A stretch of 32,000 bases of DNA from Ferroglobus placidus DSM 10642 (lineage in GTDB: Archaea; Halobacteriota; Archaeoglobi; Archaeoglobales; Archaeoglobaceae). The stretch lies in the NCBI RefSeq assembly GCF_000025505.1, contig NC_013849.1, forward strand, positions 1,080,001-1,112,000. The letters are read 5' to 3'. This document shows positions 17,199-25,487 of the stretch, one piece after another (positions within the stretch are counted from its first letter, which is position 1; each line of letters begins with the position of its first letter). The notes beneath the pieces are model-generated. The model searched no databases, was not told the DNA's origin, and saw only the letters and a program-made list of their open reading frames with translations. The position numbers and the translations under genes are program-made.

Positions 17199-18229
17199 AG
17201 TGGAAGTGTCCGTTTTGCGGCTACGAAAACGAATCGGAAAAGCTCGTATGCGAGGTATGCGGAAAGCAGTTCAAGTGGAGAAAGGGGAAGCTCGTAGAGG
17301 TTAAAAAACGTCCTCCGGAGTTCTGGATTTCAATTTTTATTTTAACCTTTGCAATAATATTTAACGCAATTTTGATAGGAGTCGAGTACGCAAGCGACCC
17401 AAAGATCTGCACGAGCTGTCACGAGATGGAGAAGTACTTCGAAAGCTGGAACGAATCAACGCATAAGGGAATAAAGTGCTACGAGTGCCACTACGGCAGA
17501 GGAGTTCTGAACTTTTTGCGCGGCACGTATCACTCGCTATCAGTTCTTCAGCCAAAAGTGCCTCCCTACGTTAACCTTCCGGCGAACATTTCCAGCGAAA
17601 ATTGCCTGAGTTGTCATGGAGATATTGAAAAGGTAAAGTACGTACACTACGGAGAGATAAACTTCAGCCACGTCAACCACTTAAACGGCTACAAGAGAGG
17701 TTTTCTAAAGTTGGAGTGCGTGAGCTGTCACAGAGAAATAGTTATCGGCAGCCACATTGCTGTGAAAAATTCCACGTGCTTCGTCTGCCATTTCTACGAA
17801 ACTCCGGAAGGAGTCCCCATTAGCGGCTGTCCCTCATGCCACAACTACCACGATATAGAATTCGTCGTCGGAAACAGAACTTTCAAGCATTCGGTTCACG
17901 TGGAGAGGGGAATAAAGTGCATATTCTGCCACGAGAAGACGTACGTGCTTATAGGAAATATGGAAGTTAAGTGCAAAAAATGCCACGTTAGAGAGATGAA
18001 CGCCACGCTGCCAGACTTAACTATGCACGGCATACACGTCAACAAGTTTAAACTCGATTGCTTGCAGTGCCATCCAGACATCGTGCACAAGCCGATAGTT
18101 AGCGAAGAGAAATGCAAAACGTGCCATCCAGACATAAAATACGAAAAGAAGGAAGAGGAAAAGAAAAAGGAGGAAGAAGGAGTGGTGAAAGAAGAGGAGA
18201 AGGGTGAAGGCGTTACTATAATTCCATGA
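17195..18229 (+). CDS. Decaheme c-type cytochrome with NapC/NirT-like segment, N-terminal zinc-ribbon and charged C-terminal tail
   Basis: 344 aa; 'CPFCGYENESEKLVCEVCG' before one TM, then ten CxxCH motifs (CTSCH, CYECH, CLSCH, CVSCH, CFVCH, CPSCH, CIFCH, CKKCH, CLQCH, CKTCH); overlaps the nrfD-like gene by 4 nt. Confidence 0.93.
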   Translation: MKWKCPFCGYENESEKLVCEVCGKQFKWRKGKLVEVKKRPPEFWISIFILTFAIIFNAILIGVEYASDPKICTSCHEMEKYFESWNESTHKGIKCYECHYGRGVLNFLRGTYHSLSVLQPKVPPYVNLPANISSENCLSCHGDIEKVKYVHYGEINFSHVNHLNGYKRGFLKLECVSCHREIVIGSHIAVKNSTCFVCHFYETPEGVPISGCPSCHNYHDIEFVVGNRTFKHSVHVERGIKCIFCHEKTYVLIGNMEVKCKKCHVREMNATLPDLTMHGIHVNKFKLDCLQCHPDIVHKPIVSEEKCKTCHPDIKYEKKEEEKKKEEEGVVKEEEKGEGVTIIP

Positions 18230-18347
18230 TAAATTTTGATTTTTTTACGCGAAAGATTTATAATCTATCTCACCATCACAAGATTTAAATTCCCAGAATC
18301 AGTTTTCCCGATTGCTCCTCAAATAAAAACCAAACTGTTGTGAGACT

Positions 18348-19208
18348 ATGATGCTGGAGAAACTTGAAGAGAGAAAAGAGCAACTCGAAAAGGAGCTCCA
18401 AAGTTATATAGCAAAGAGGGACGAGCTAAACAAGTTGTCCAAGGAGTACGCCCAGAAGAGAGACGAACTGAATTCGCAGGTTAGAGAGCTTTTATCTAAG
18501 GTTAGGGAGTTGAAGCAGAAGAGAGACGAGTTCAACAGCAAGGCGAAAGAAATAAGGGCGAAGAGGAAGGAGCTATACAACGAGATAGACAGACTCTACA
18601 AAGAGCTCGACAGAGTAAGGAGAAGCATAGACAAAGGAGGAAGACCTCTGGGAGAAATAGAGAAAGAGATTAGAAGGTTGGAATTCAGGCAGCAGACGGC
18701 TGTTTTAACGATAGAAAGGGAAAGAGCTTTGGTTGAAAGGATTGCCAGATTAAAGAAAGAGCTTGAAGAGAGAAAGCAGCAGCTGGAAAGGCACGAAGAG
18801 TTCAGAAAGCTCATTGCGAAAATTAGAGAACTAAAGGAGGAAGTTAGAAAACTTACCGAGGAAATGAACAGCTACGTAAGCGAAGCAGACAAATACCACG
18901 CTGAGATCGTGGAAATTCTCCAGAAAGTGGAAGAGCTGAGAAAGAATGCCGATGAGATGCACAAGAAGTTCGTGGAAAGCAAGAAGGAAGCTGACAGGTG
19001 TCACGCGGAAGTCGTGAGGATCAGAAAGGACATAAAAGACCTCGACAAAGTCATAAAAGCCTTAAAAGCGAAGCAAGCGAAATCGAAGGAGGATCTGGAG
19101 AGAGAAGAACTTATGAGAAGAGCCAGAGAGATCTACGAGATGTTCAAGAGAGGAGAGAAGATCGAAACTGAGGATTTGTTAATACTTCAGAGAGCAGGAT
19201 TTATTTAA
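18348..19208 (+). CDS. Long coiled-coil protein (archaeal conserved type)
   Basis: 286 aa of nearly continuous charged heptad-like sequence; no signal peptide. Confidence 0.75.
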   Translation: MMLEKLEERKEQLEKELQSYIAKRDELNKLSKEYAQKRDELNSQVRELLSKVRELKQKRDEFNSKAKEIRAKRKELYNEIDRLYKELDRVRRSIDKGGRPLGEIEKEIRRLEFRQQTAVLTIERERALVERIARLKKELEERKQQLERHEEFRKLIAKIRELKEEVRKLTEEMNSYVSEADKYHAEIVEILQKVEELRKNADEMHKKFVESKKEADRCHAEVVRIRKDIKDLDKVIKALKAKQAKSKEDLEREELMRRAREIYEMFKRGEKIETEDLLILQRAGFI

Positions 19209-19246
19209 ACCAAAAAATATTTATAATTTGAATTTTACTTAACCTC

Positions 19247-19498
19247 ATGGTAAAGGTTTACGCTCTGACCACTTGCCCTTACTGCAAGAAGACGAAAAAG
19301 TTTCTCGAAGAAAACGGAGTCGATTTTGAAATAATTTACATAGACAAACTGAGCGGCGAGGAGAGGAAGAAAGTTGTGGAGGAAGTTCACAAACTAACTG
19401 GAATGTACGCAGTACCAGTTACCGTTCACGGGGATAAAGTAATAGTCGGTTACAAAGAAGATGAGCTCAAAAAACTCGTGGAGGAGTTGAAAAAATGA
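19247..19498 (+). CDS. Glutaredoxin-like protein
   Basis: 83 aa; 'YALTTCPYCKKTKKFLEENGVDFEIIYID...VPVTVHGDKVIVGY' thioredoxin-fold glutaredoxin with CPYC. Confidence 0.93.
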   Translation: MVKVYALTTCPYCKKTKKFLEENGVDFEIIYIDKLSGEERKKVVEEVHKLTGMYAVPVTVHGDKVIVGYKEDELKKLVEELKK

Positions 19499-19830
19499 CG
19501 CCTGAAGAGTACGTGAAACTTCTCGAAAAAGTTGCGGAAAGAAAAGGATGGAAGCTGAACAAAGACGAGGAGCTCGTTCTTGAGTTCGCAAAAGGGCTCC
19601 TCGAAAACAAGAAAAGGTACGGCTTCGCTTACTGTCCTTGCAGGTTTCCTATAGGAGATAAAGAAATAGACAGGAGAATCATCTGTCCGTGCGTTTACGC
19701 AAAGGAGGATATCGAAAAGTACGGTAGATGTTACTGCGGGCTTTTTGTTAGTAAGGAGGTTTACGAGGGAAAAAAGAAGGCTGCCGAAGTGGTTCCAGAC
19801 AGGCATGCGGAGTTCATCTTGAAGAAATGA
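19495..19830 (+). CDS. Ferredoxin:thioredoxin reductase catalytic-subunit homolog
   Basis: 'YCPCRFPIGDKEIDRRIICPCVYAKEDIEKYGRCYCGLF' CPC/CPC/CxC pattern; overlaps the glutaredoxin gene. Confidence 0.88.
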   Translation: MTPEEYVKLLEKVAERKGWKLNKDEELVLEFAKGLLENKKRYGFAYCPCRFPIGDKEIDRRIICPCVYAKEDIEKYGRCYCGLFVSKEVYEGKKKAAEVVPDRHAEFILKK

Positions 19831-20200
19831 GGCTAAGCAAGACGAAGGAAATTATCGTAGCAAATCCTATTCCGAAGAGCGTAACGTCTAAATTCGGGAA
19901 CCCGTTTTTCACTATCCACAGAGCTCCGTTGTAAACGCTCACGAGGATGAACGTAACTACTCCAGAAATTATAGCCCCTCCAAGAATGTAGTTGGGGAAT
20001 TCAGCTCCCCTACTTTCCACGAACTTGGAAGCGAGAACCAAAATTATCGCAAACACAAAGAAGACAACCGAATGCCTCACTGAGAAAATTCCGAGGAATA
20101 AGGCAGAGTAAACTCCGTAACCGCAGAGGAAGAGGATAAAACCCAAAGCGAGAGAGACTGCGAGAGGGTAAAATATCTTCGACTTCTCAATTTTATCCAT
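19814..20200 (-). CDS. Small integral membrane protein, unknown function
   Basis: 128 aa, about four hydrophobic segments; 3' end overlaps convergent neighbour. Confidence 0.65.
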   Translation of the reverse strand: MDKIEKSKIFYPLAVSLALGFILFLCGYGVYSALFLGIFSVRHSVVFFVFAIILVLASKFVESRGAEFPNYILGGAIISGVVTFILVSVYNGALWIVKNGFPNLDVTLFGIGFATIISFVLLSLISSR

Positions 20201-20229
20201 GTTTGACGTAAAACAAACTATGGTATTTA

Positions 20230-20661
20230 TTACTTTTCCACAATTACAAGCATTTCGATGATAGTTTTTCTATCCTTCAAAAGTTCCACGAATTCCCTGC
20301 TTAGATCTCTCGCAGCTTTGCTCGCTCTGATCAGCAAGGTTCTTCCGCAAACAAAATCGCTCTTCCTAACAACCACATCGTTCTCGTCTTCAAAACTCAT
20401 CTTTTTCGAACCGAAGCCGAACAGCCTTTCTTCGAGACCGTAATCTGGAAGTCTCAAAACTACTTCAACTCTTTCCGCATTTCTCAAAATCTGCTTAAGC
20501 TCTTCGTTTACATCTCTAATGGACTTGTCAGCTCTAACGCCAATTATACAATCTCCCCTCGGAGTGAGTTCCTTTTCCTTGGTTATTTCAAAAGTAGTTT
20601 TGTGAGTGGCTTTGATGTTCTCGTGACCGTAAGCAGAAATAACTTCAAGAATTTTTCCCAT
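20230..20661 (-). CDS. Conserved archaeal protein, DUF371-like
   Basis: 143 aa; 'GHENIKATHKTTFEITKEKELTPRGDCIIGVRADKS' resembles the DUF371 N-terminus from memory. Confidence 0.7.
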   Translation of the reverse strand: MGKILEVISAYGHENIKATHKTTFEITKEKELTPRGDCIIGVRADKSIRDVNEELKQILRNAERVEVVLRLPDYGLEERLFGFGSKKMSFEDENDVVVRKSDFVCGRTLLIRASKAARDLSREFVELLKDRKTIIEMLVIVEK

Positions 20662-20664
20662 TCG

Positions 20665-21123
20665 TCACTTCGAAAGCTCGATCTCAAGTCTCTGCGGATC
20701 GTACTTCCAGTCCTTCGGAAGGACCCCCTTCTCTTTATAGTATTCGCTAAGCCTCCATATCTTCGCTTCAATTAGCTGCAAACCTCTTCTGTTGTGGATG
20801 TCTTTCTTGTGAACTTCCAAGTGCTTTCTCAAATTGATGGCTTTCTTTATCAAAGCCTTGAGGTCTTCGGGAATCTTTATCTCAATTCCGTGCTCCTTCA
20901 AAATTTTCGTGATCTTCTTTCCAGTTACCTGCTTAACTGAAGGAATTCCGTATCTGTCTCTGAGGATCATTCCGATCATGCTCGGCTCGTATCCTTCCTT
21001 GTAAAGCTCCACAACCTTCTTTTCCACTTCCTCCGGACTCATGTCGACCCACGGAGGCTTACCTTCCCTGTAAACTCTTTTAGACCCTGACTTCCCTCTT
21101 CTTCTCGCATGCATTCGTGCCAT
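20665..21123 (-). CDS. rps15: 30S ribosomal protein S15 (archaeal S13e/S15 type; ORF track opens at 21237)
   Basis: '[26 protein letters not shown]...[31 protein letters not shown]...[21 protein letters not shown]'; ATG 21123 preceded by GGTGAT. Confidence 0.96.
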   Translation of the reverse strand: MARMHARRRGKSGSKRVYREGKPPWVDMSPEEVEKKVVELYKEGYEPSMIGMILRDRYGIPSVKQVTGKKITKILKEHGIEIKIPEDLKALIKKAINLRKHLEVHKKDIHNRRGLQLIEAKIWRLSEYYKEKGVLPKDWKYDPQRLEIELSK

Positions 21124-21148
21124 AGCATCACCAGATTTGGAGGAAGAT

Positions 21149-21694
21149 TTAAAAATTTTTTGTGAGCCACTCGAAGAAGCTTTGGAAAGCTTTTCTTCTG
21201 TGACTAACCTTATTCTTTTCCTCCCCCATCTCCGCAAAAGTTTTTCCTTGGTACTCGAAAATTGGATCGAAGCCGAATCCGTGAGTGCCCCTAATTTCCT
21301 CCGCTATCCTCCCCTCCACCTCGCCCTTGAAGATGTGAAACTCGGAGCCGTCGTAAAAAACCACTACAGCCACAAATTTTGCTTTTCTGTTCTCAACGCC
21401 CTCCATCAGTTTTAAAATTCCCTCGTTACCTATCGTTTTGAAGACGTAAGAGGAGTAAACTCCGGGAAAACCCTTCAAAGCCTCCACGAAAAGTCCGCTG
21501 TCCTCTATCACGAACATTGGTTCTATCCTATTAGCCAAATACTTCGCACTTTTCAAAGCTACTTCTTCCAAACTTTCTCCCTGAAACTCGTCGTAGCGGT
21601 AATTCAACCAAGAAACTTCTATTCCGTACTCCTCCGCTATTCCCCTAACTTCCCGATACTTCCCCTCATTTGTCGTAACGAAGTTCAACTTCAT
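21149..21694 (-). CDS. rdgB: RdgB/HAM1-family XTP/dITP pyrophosphatase
   Basis: '[12 protein letters not shown]', '[24 protein letters not shown]', '[21 protein letters not shown]', '[14 protein letters not shown]'. Confidence 0.94.
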   Translation of the reverse strand: MKLNFVTTNEGKYREVRGIAEEYGIEVSWLNYRYDEFQGESLEEVALKSAKYLANRIEPMFVIEDSGLFVEALKGFPGVYSSYVFKTIGNEGILKLMEGVENRKAKFVAVVVFYDGSEFHIFKGEVEGRIAEEIRGTHGFGFDPIFEYQGKTFAEMGEEKNKVSHRRKAFQSFFEWLTKNF

Positions 21695-22595
21695 TTTTAA
21701 CAGCCTCCATAAACCCTCTCAAAGCGAGATGGAAGTAGCTTTCGGCAAACCTCGACTTTTTCAACCACTCCCAGAGAAACTTATAGTCTTCGTCAACCTC
21801 AAGCAACTTCTCATGCATCCCCTCAACGCTTTCGCAAGAGAAAGCAAGTTTTTTCCACTCGAAAAGCTTCTCCTCTATCTTATCGAGCATGTCTTTCTCT
21901 CCAACTCCGAAGTGCGTGTATGCGATCTTCTCGACGTTCAGCTTCCTCATTTTTCTTATCGACTCGACAGCCTTTTCGAAATTGAAAACTGGAGGAGTCG
22001 TGGGAATCACGTGCCCATCCTTGTAAACTCCAGCAGAGTCTCCGGGAAAGAGGATTTTATCTATAACGAAGGACTGGTGGTGAGGAGCGTGCCCCGGAGT
22101 GTGGACGACCTTTATCTTACTCTCACCCAAAGAATATTCCGAGTTGTCTTCGGAAACGATTATTCTGCTCTCATCAATCGGTAAAGGCTTTCCGTAAACT
22201 TCCGCTACTTCGTTTAAAACGCTCTTTGAAGCCCTCCAAAGCCTTTCTGGATTTACCAAATGCTCAGCACCCCTCGGATGCACCACGACCTTCGCTTTTT
22301 CGCAAATCCTCACGAGGCTTCCAGCCGCTCCGCTGTGATCGAGATGGACGTGAGTGACAGCAATATATTTAACCCTTTCCGGATTTATACCGAGCTCCTC
22401 GAAAACTTCAGAGAAAATTCCAGAAGTGCTTTCCGCTCCCGTCTCAACTATCGCCACCTCACCCCTATCGACGATGAATGAGAAGACGATGCCTTTCTCT
22501 CCGCCTACTTCAGTGTCAATCGCATATATTCCGTCTGCAACCTCCGAAATCATCATAGCCCTACAGAACTCCATTAGATAAATAAACTTACTCAA
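21666..22595 (-). CDS. Metallo-beta-lactamase-fold hydrolase (start may be internal near 22553)
   Basis: '[13 protein letters not shown]', '[13 protein letters not shown]', 'LFPGDSAG', downstream His. Confidence 0.9.
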   Translation of the reverse strand: MSKFIYLMEFCRAMMISEVADGIYAIDTEVGGEKGIVFSFIVDRGEVAIVETGAESTSGIFSEVFEELGINPERVKYIAVTHVHLDHSGAAGSLVRICEKAKVVVHPRGAEHLVNPERLWRASKSVLNEVAEVYGKPLPIDESRIIVSEDNSEYSLGESKIKVVHTPGHAPHHQSFVIDKILFPGDSAGVYKDGHVIPTTPPVFNFEKAVESIRKMRKLNVEKIAYTHFGVGEKDMLDKIEEKLFEWKKLAFSCESVEGMHEKLLEVDEDYKFLWEWLKKSRFAESYFHLALRGFMEAVKNEVELRYDK

Positions 22596-23323
22596 CTGAA
22601 AAGCTTCCTCATCTTAAATATGCTCCTTCGATAAAGCTCCCCAGAGATTATGAAAACAGCTATCGAAAAAGCTTCGAGAAGGTTGTATTCATCCATATAT
22701 CCATTAACACCCATGAAAACAGCCAGTGAAAAAATGCAAGAGGCTAAAGGAATCCCCACGAGCTTATCAACCGAATCTAAGGGTAGCTGCACTATCGCAT
22801 GCTCTATCCTCTTCTCTTTCAACGTGAAGTAGAAAAGTAAGAGAAGTATCGGAAAGGAGATAACGTATACAAATTCCGACAGCAGCACGACAACCTCAAC
22901 GAAAGGAGCGTGCTCGGGCAATTCAGCCGCTAAAAGCCAGAAAGCGAATAAGTAAAGCAATAACAATCCAGCTCTGTTTAAATCAAAATCCTCTATATTA
23001 AATTCCATAATTTTTATAAAATTAATTATAACAAAAACGTGAGCAACAATCAGAACTGGAAGAGCAATGGAAATGTAAATGAACATGTTTAGCAGGCTAA
23101 AACCTAATTTTTTTCCGGTTATATCCGACATTAGTTCAAAAAACTCCACTACAGAGATAATGAGGAATGAAATACAGATTAAGAGCAAGTAAGAGGTTAT
23201 ATAAGACCAAAGATGGCTTTCCAACGTTTTTATCCTCGAGAAGTTTAATAACATTATTCCAAACGTTAGGGACAATATTAGGCAAATAATTGAAATTCCC
23301 GTGCCTATAAATGTTAAGTTCAT
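22592..23323 (-). CDS. Polytopic membrane protein (about 7 TM), unknown function
   Basis: 243 aa highly hydrophobic; 4 nt overlap with the following ORF. Confidence 0.6.
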   Translation of the reverse strand: MNLTFIGTGISIICLILSLTFGIMLLNFSRIKTLESHLWSYITSYLLLICISFLIISVVEFFELMSDITGKKLGFSLLNMFIYISIALPVLIVAHVFVIINFIKIMEFNIEDFDLNRAGLLLLYLFAFWLLAAELPEHAPFVEVVVLLSEFVYVISFPILLLLFYFTLKEKRIEHAIVQLPLDSVDKLVGIPLASCIFSLAVFMGVNGYMDEYNLLEAFSIAVFIISGELYRRSIFKMRKLFS

Positions 23324-23433
23324 TAAGCTCTCTATTCCACCTTACACTTAAATTATTTTTCCATTTCACTTTTTAATTTACAAAACTGTAACACAGCAAA
23401 AGTTAAATAATCGCCGAGCTTCAATTCCTATCT

Positions 23434-23631
23434 ATGGGGACGGTAAAGCCCGCTTACATTAAAAACATAGCGATGGAACTCCTTAAAAAGTACGGTGAAC
23501 TGTTCACCGGAGACTTCGATCACAACAAGAAGCTCGTAGCTGAGCTGACAAACATAAAGAGTAAGAGAGTAAGGAACAGAGTCGCCGGGTATATAACGAG
23601 AAAGATCAACAGAGGGTGGGTAAATGTTTGA
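23434..23631 (+). CDS. rps17e: 30S ribosomal protein S17e
   Basis: 65 aa; 'MGTVKPAYIKNIAMELLKKYGELFTGDFDHNKKLVAELTNIKSKRVRNRVAGYITRKI' is diagnostic. Confidence 0.97.
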   Translation: MGTVKPAYIKNIAMELLKKYGELFTGDFDHNKKLVAELTNIKSKRVRNRVAGYITRKINRGWVNV

Positions 23632-24490
23632 GGGGGTAATTCCAGCTCTGGTAACCCCCTTTAAGGAGAACTTCGAAGTGGACTTTGAAGGGATAGCAAA
23701 GAACCTCGATTACCTTGAGAAGTACGTCGACGCGGTAGTTCCTGCTGGAACTACTGGAGAAGCGGCAACGTTGAGCCACGAAGAACACGTTGAGGTAATA
23801 AAATACGTATGCGAAGTAGCTAAAAAGCCGGTTATAGCCGGAGCCGGATCCAACTCTACAAGAGAAGCTCTATTCTTGGCTAAAGAGGCTGAAAAAGCTG
23901 GAGCAGAAGCTGTTATGCTCGTAACTCCATACTACAACAAGCCCAACGCTGAGGGGTTGTATAAGCATTACAAAGCTGTAGCTGAGGAGATATCAATTCC
24001 GATTCTCGTTTACAACGTTCCAAGCAGAACCGGAATAAACACGACTCCAGACGTTGTCGAGAGACTTGCGAGTATAGAAAGGGTTGTGGGAATTAAAGAA
24101 GCGAGCGGGAACTTGAAGCAGGTGGCTGAGATAATAAGAAGACTCGGAGACGAGTTCATCGTCTTATCCGGAGACGACTTCATGACTTTGCCGATACTTT
24201 TGCTCGGAGGAAAGGGAGTTATAAGCGTCGCTGCAAACGTCGCTCCAAAGCTTATGAAGGAGATGTACGAGGCTTTCAAGTCCGGAAACGTTGAAAAAGC
24301 AAGAGAACTGCACTACAAACTCATGCCACTGTTTGAGGCTCTTTTCATCGACACGAATCCTATTCCGGTGAAAAAAGCCCTCGAGCTTATGGGGCTTCCG
24401 GCAGGGAAGCCGAGGCTGCCTCTTGTCGAATTAAGCGAAGAAAAGACTGAAAAACTCAAAAAAGTTCTTGAAAGCTTGCAGCTAATCTAA
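23624..24490 (+). CDS. dapA: 4-hydroxy-tetrahydrodipicolinate synthase (DHDPS/NAL aldolase family)
   Basis: 'GVIPALVTPFKENFEVDFEG', 'VVPAGTTGEAATLSHEEH', 'LVTPYYNKPNAEGLYKHYKAVAEEISIPILVYNVPSRTG', 'VVGIKEASGNL'. Confidence 0.94.
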   Translation: MFEGVIPALVTPFKENFEVDFEGIAKNLDYLEKYVDAVVPAGTTGEAATLSHEEHVEVIKYVCEVAKKPVIAGAGSNSTREALFLAKEAEKAGAEAVMLVTPYYNKPNAEGLYKHYKAVAEEISIPILVYNVPSRTGINTTPDVVERLASIERVVGIKEASGNLKQVAEIIRRLGDEFIVLSGDDFMTLPILLLGGKGVISVAANVAPKLMKEMYEAFKSGNVEKARELHYKLMPLFEALFIDTNPIPVKKALELMGLPAGKPRLPLVELSEEKTEKLKKVLESLQLI

Positions 24491-25417
24491 CAAGCTTCTA
24501 TCAATCTCTCTAACGGATTTCGACCCCGTCAAAATCATAATTCTCCTAAGCTCCTCCCTTATAACGCTTAGAAGCTTTTTTACGCCGCTTTCTATCGCTA
24601 AAGCGTAAACTACGGGTCTGCCAATTAGAACGAAATCCGCCCCGTAGGCGAGAGCTTTGAAAACGTCAGTTCCGTACCTAAATCCGCTGTCAACTCCCGT
24701 TGTCACCATCTTCTCTATATCATCGAGGACTTCGAGGGGAGAAACAGCCGAATCCAGAACTCTTCCTCCGTGGTTCGAAATAACGACGACGTCGCTGAAA
24801 TTTGCAGCCAAATAATAGTCTTTTTCGCTGAGAACGCCTTTGACGACGAAGGGTAGCTTAGTTGTCGAAGCCAGATCCTCAAGCTCCCTTCTGCTCAACG
24901 GCTTAGTTCCACCGTAGGAGAGGACATTGTGCTTAACTTTAACCCCCGCAGCCGAGTCGATGTCTACCCCAACTGCGAGAGCTTTAGTCTTTTCCGCCCT
25001 CTCTATTTCCTCGTATATCTTTTTTCTATTCTCCAGGGGTTTGATTATCCACACGAAAGGTTTCTCAAATTTCTCAACCTCATCCTGTATCGGATAGCCT
25101 ATCCACGGAACGACTCCGGCTTCCCAAGACTCGTTTATTATCCTCTCAAAGCACCTTTCATCAACAGCTTTTACCAGCCCGGAAAGCGGAGCGGGCATTA
25201 CGGGAAGAGAAATTTTTCTTCCGAGAAACACCGTCTCAAGCTCAACACTCTCTACATCGTTTATCGCATTCATCCTAATTCCTATAGAGTCCAGAAACTC
25301 CCTGTTTCTCTTTACTGTCAACCCCCTCTCAGTTCCTCCTTCCAAAACGTCTAAGTTTATTTTCCTCCTTCTGAGTACTTTCTTGGCTTCGGAAATTATT
25401 TCGTCCACGCTCTTCAT
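24482..25417 (-). CDS. FMN-dependent alpha-hydroxyacid dehydrogenase family protein
   Basis: 311 aa; 'PFVVKGVLSEKD', 'VVISNHGGRVLD', 'VDSGFRYGTDVFKALAYGADFVLIGRPVVYAL'. Confidence 0.85.
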   Translation of the reverse strand: MKSVDEIISEAKKVLRRRKINLDVLEGGTERGLTVKRNREFLDSIGIRMNAINDVESVELETVFLGRKISLPVMPAPLSGLVKAVDERCFERIINESWEAGVVPWIGYPIQDEVEKFEKPFVWIIKPLENRKKIYEEIERAEKTKALAVGVDIDSAAGVKVKHNVLSYGGTKPLSRRELEDLASTTKLPFVVKGVLSEKDYYLAANFSDVVVISNHGGRVLDSAVSPLEVLDDIEKMVTTGVDSGFRYGTDVFKALAYGADFVLIGRPVVYALAIESGVKKLLSVIREELRRIMILTGSKSVREIDRSLLD

Positions 25418-25487
25418 CGGGAGTAAACAAGATCGAAAGTACTAAAGGTTAACCCCAAAATTTAACATCCTTCCAATTCCTCATAAA

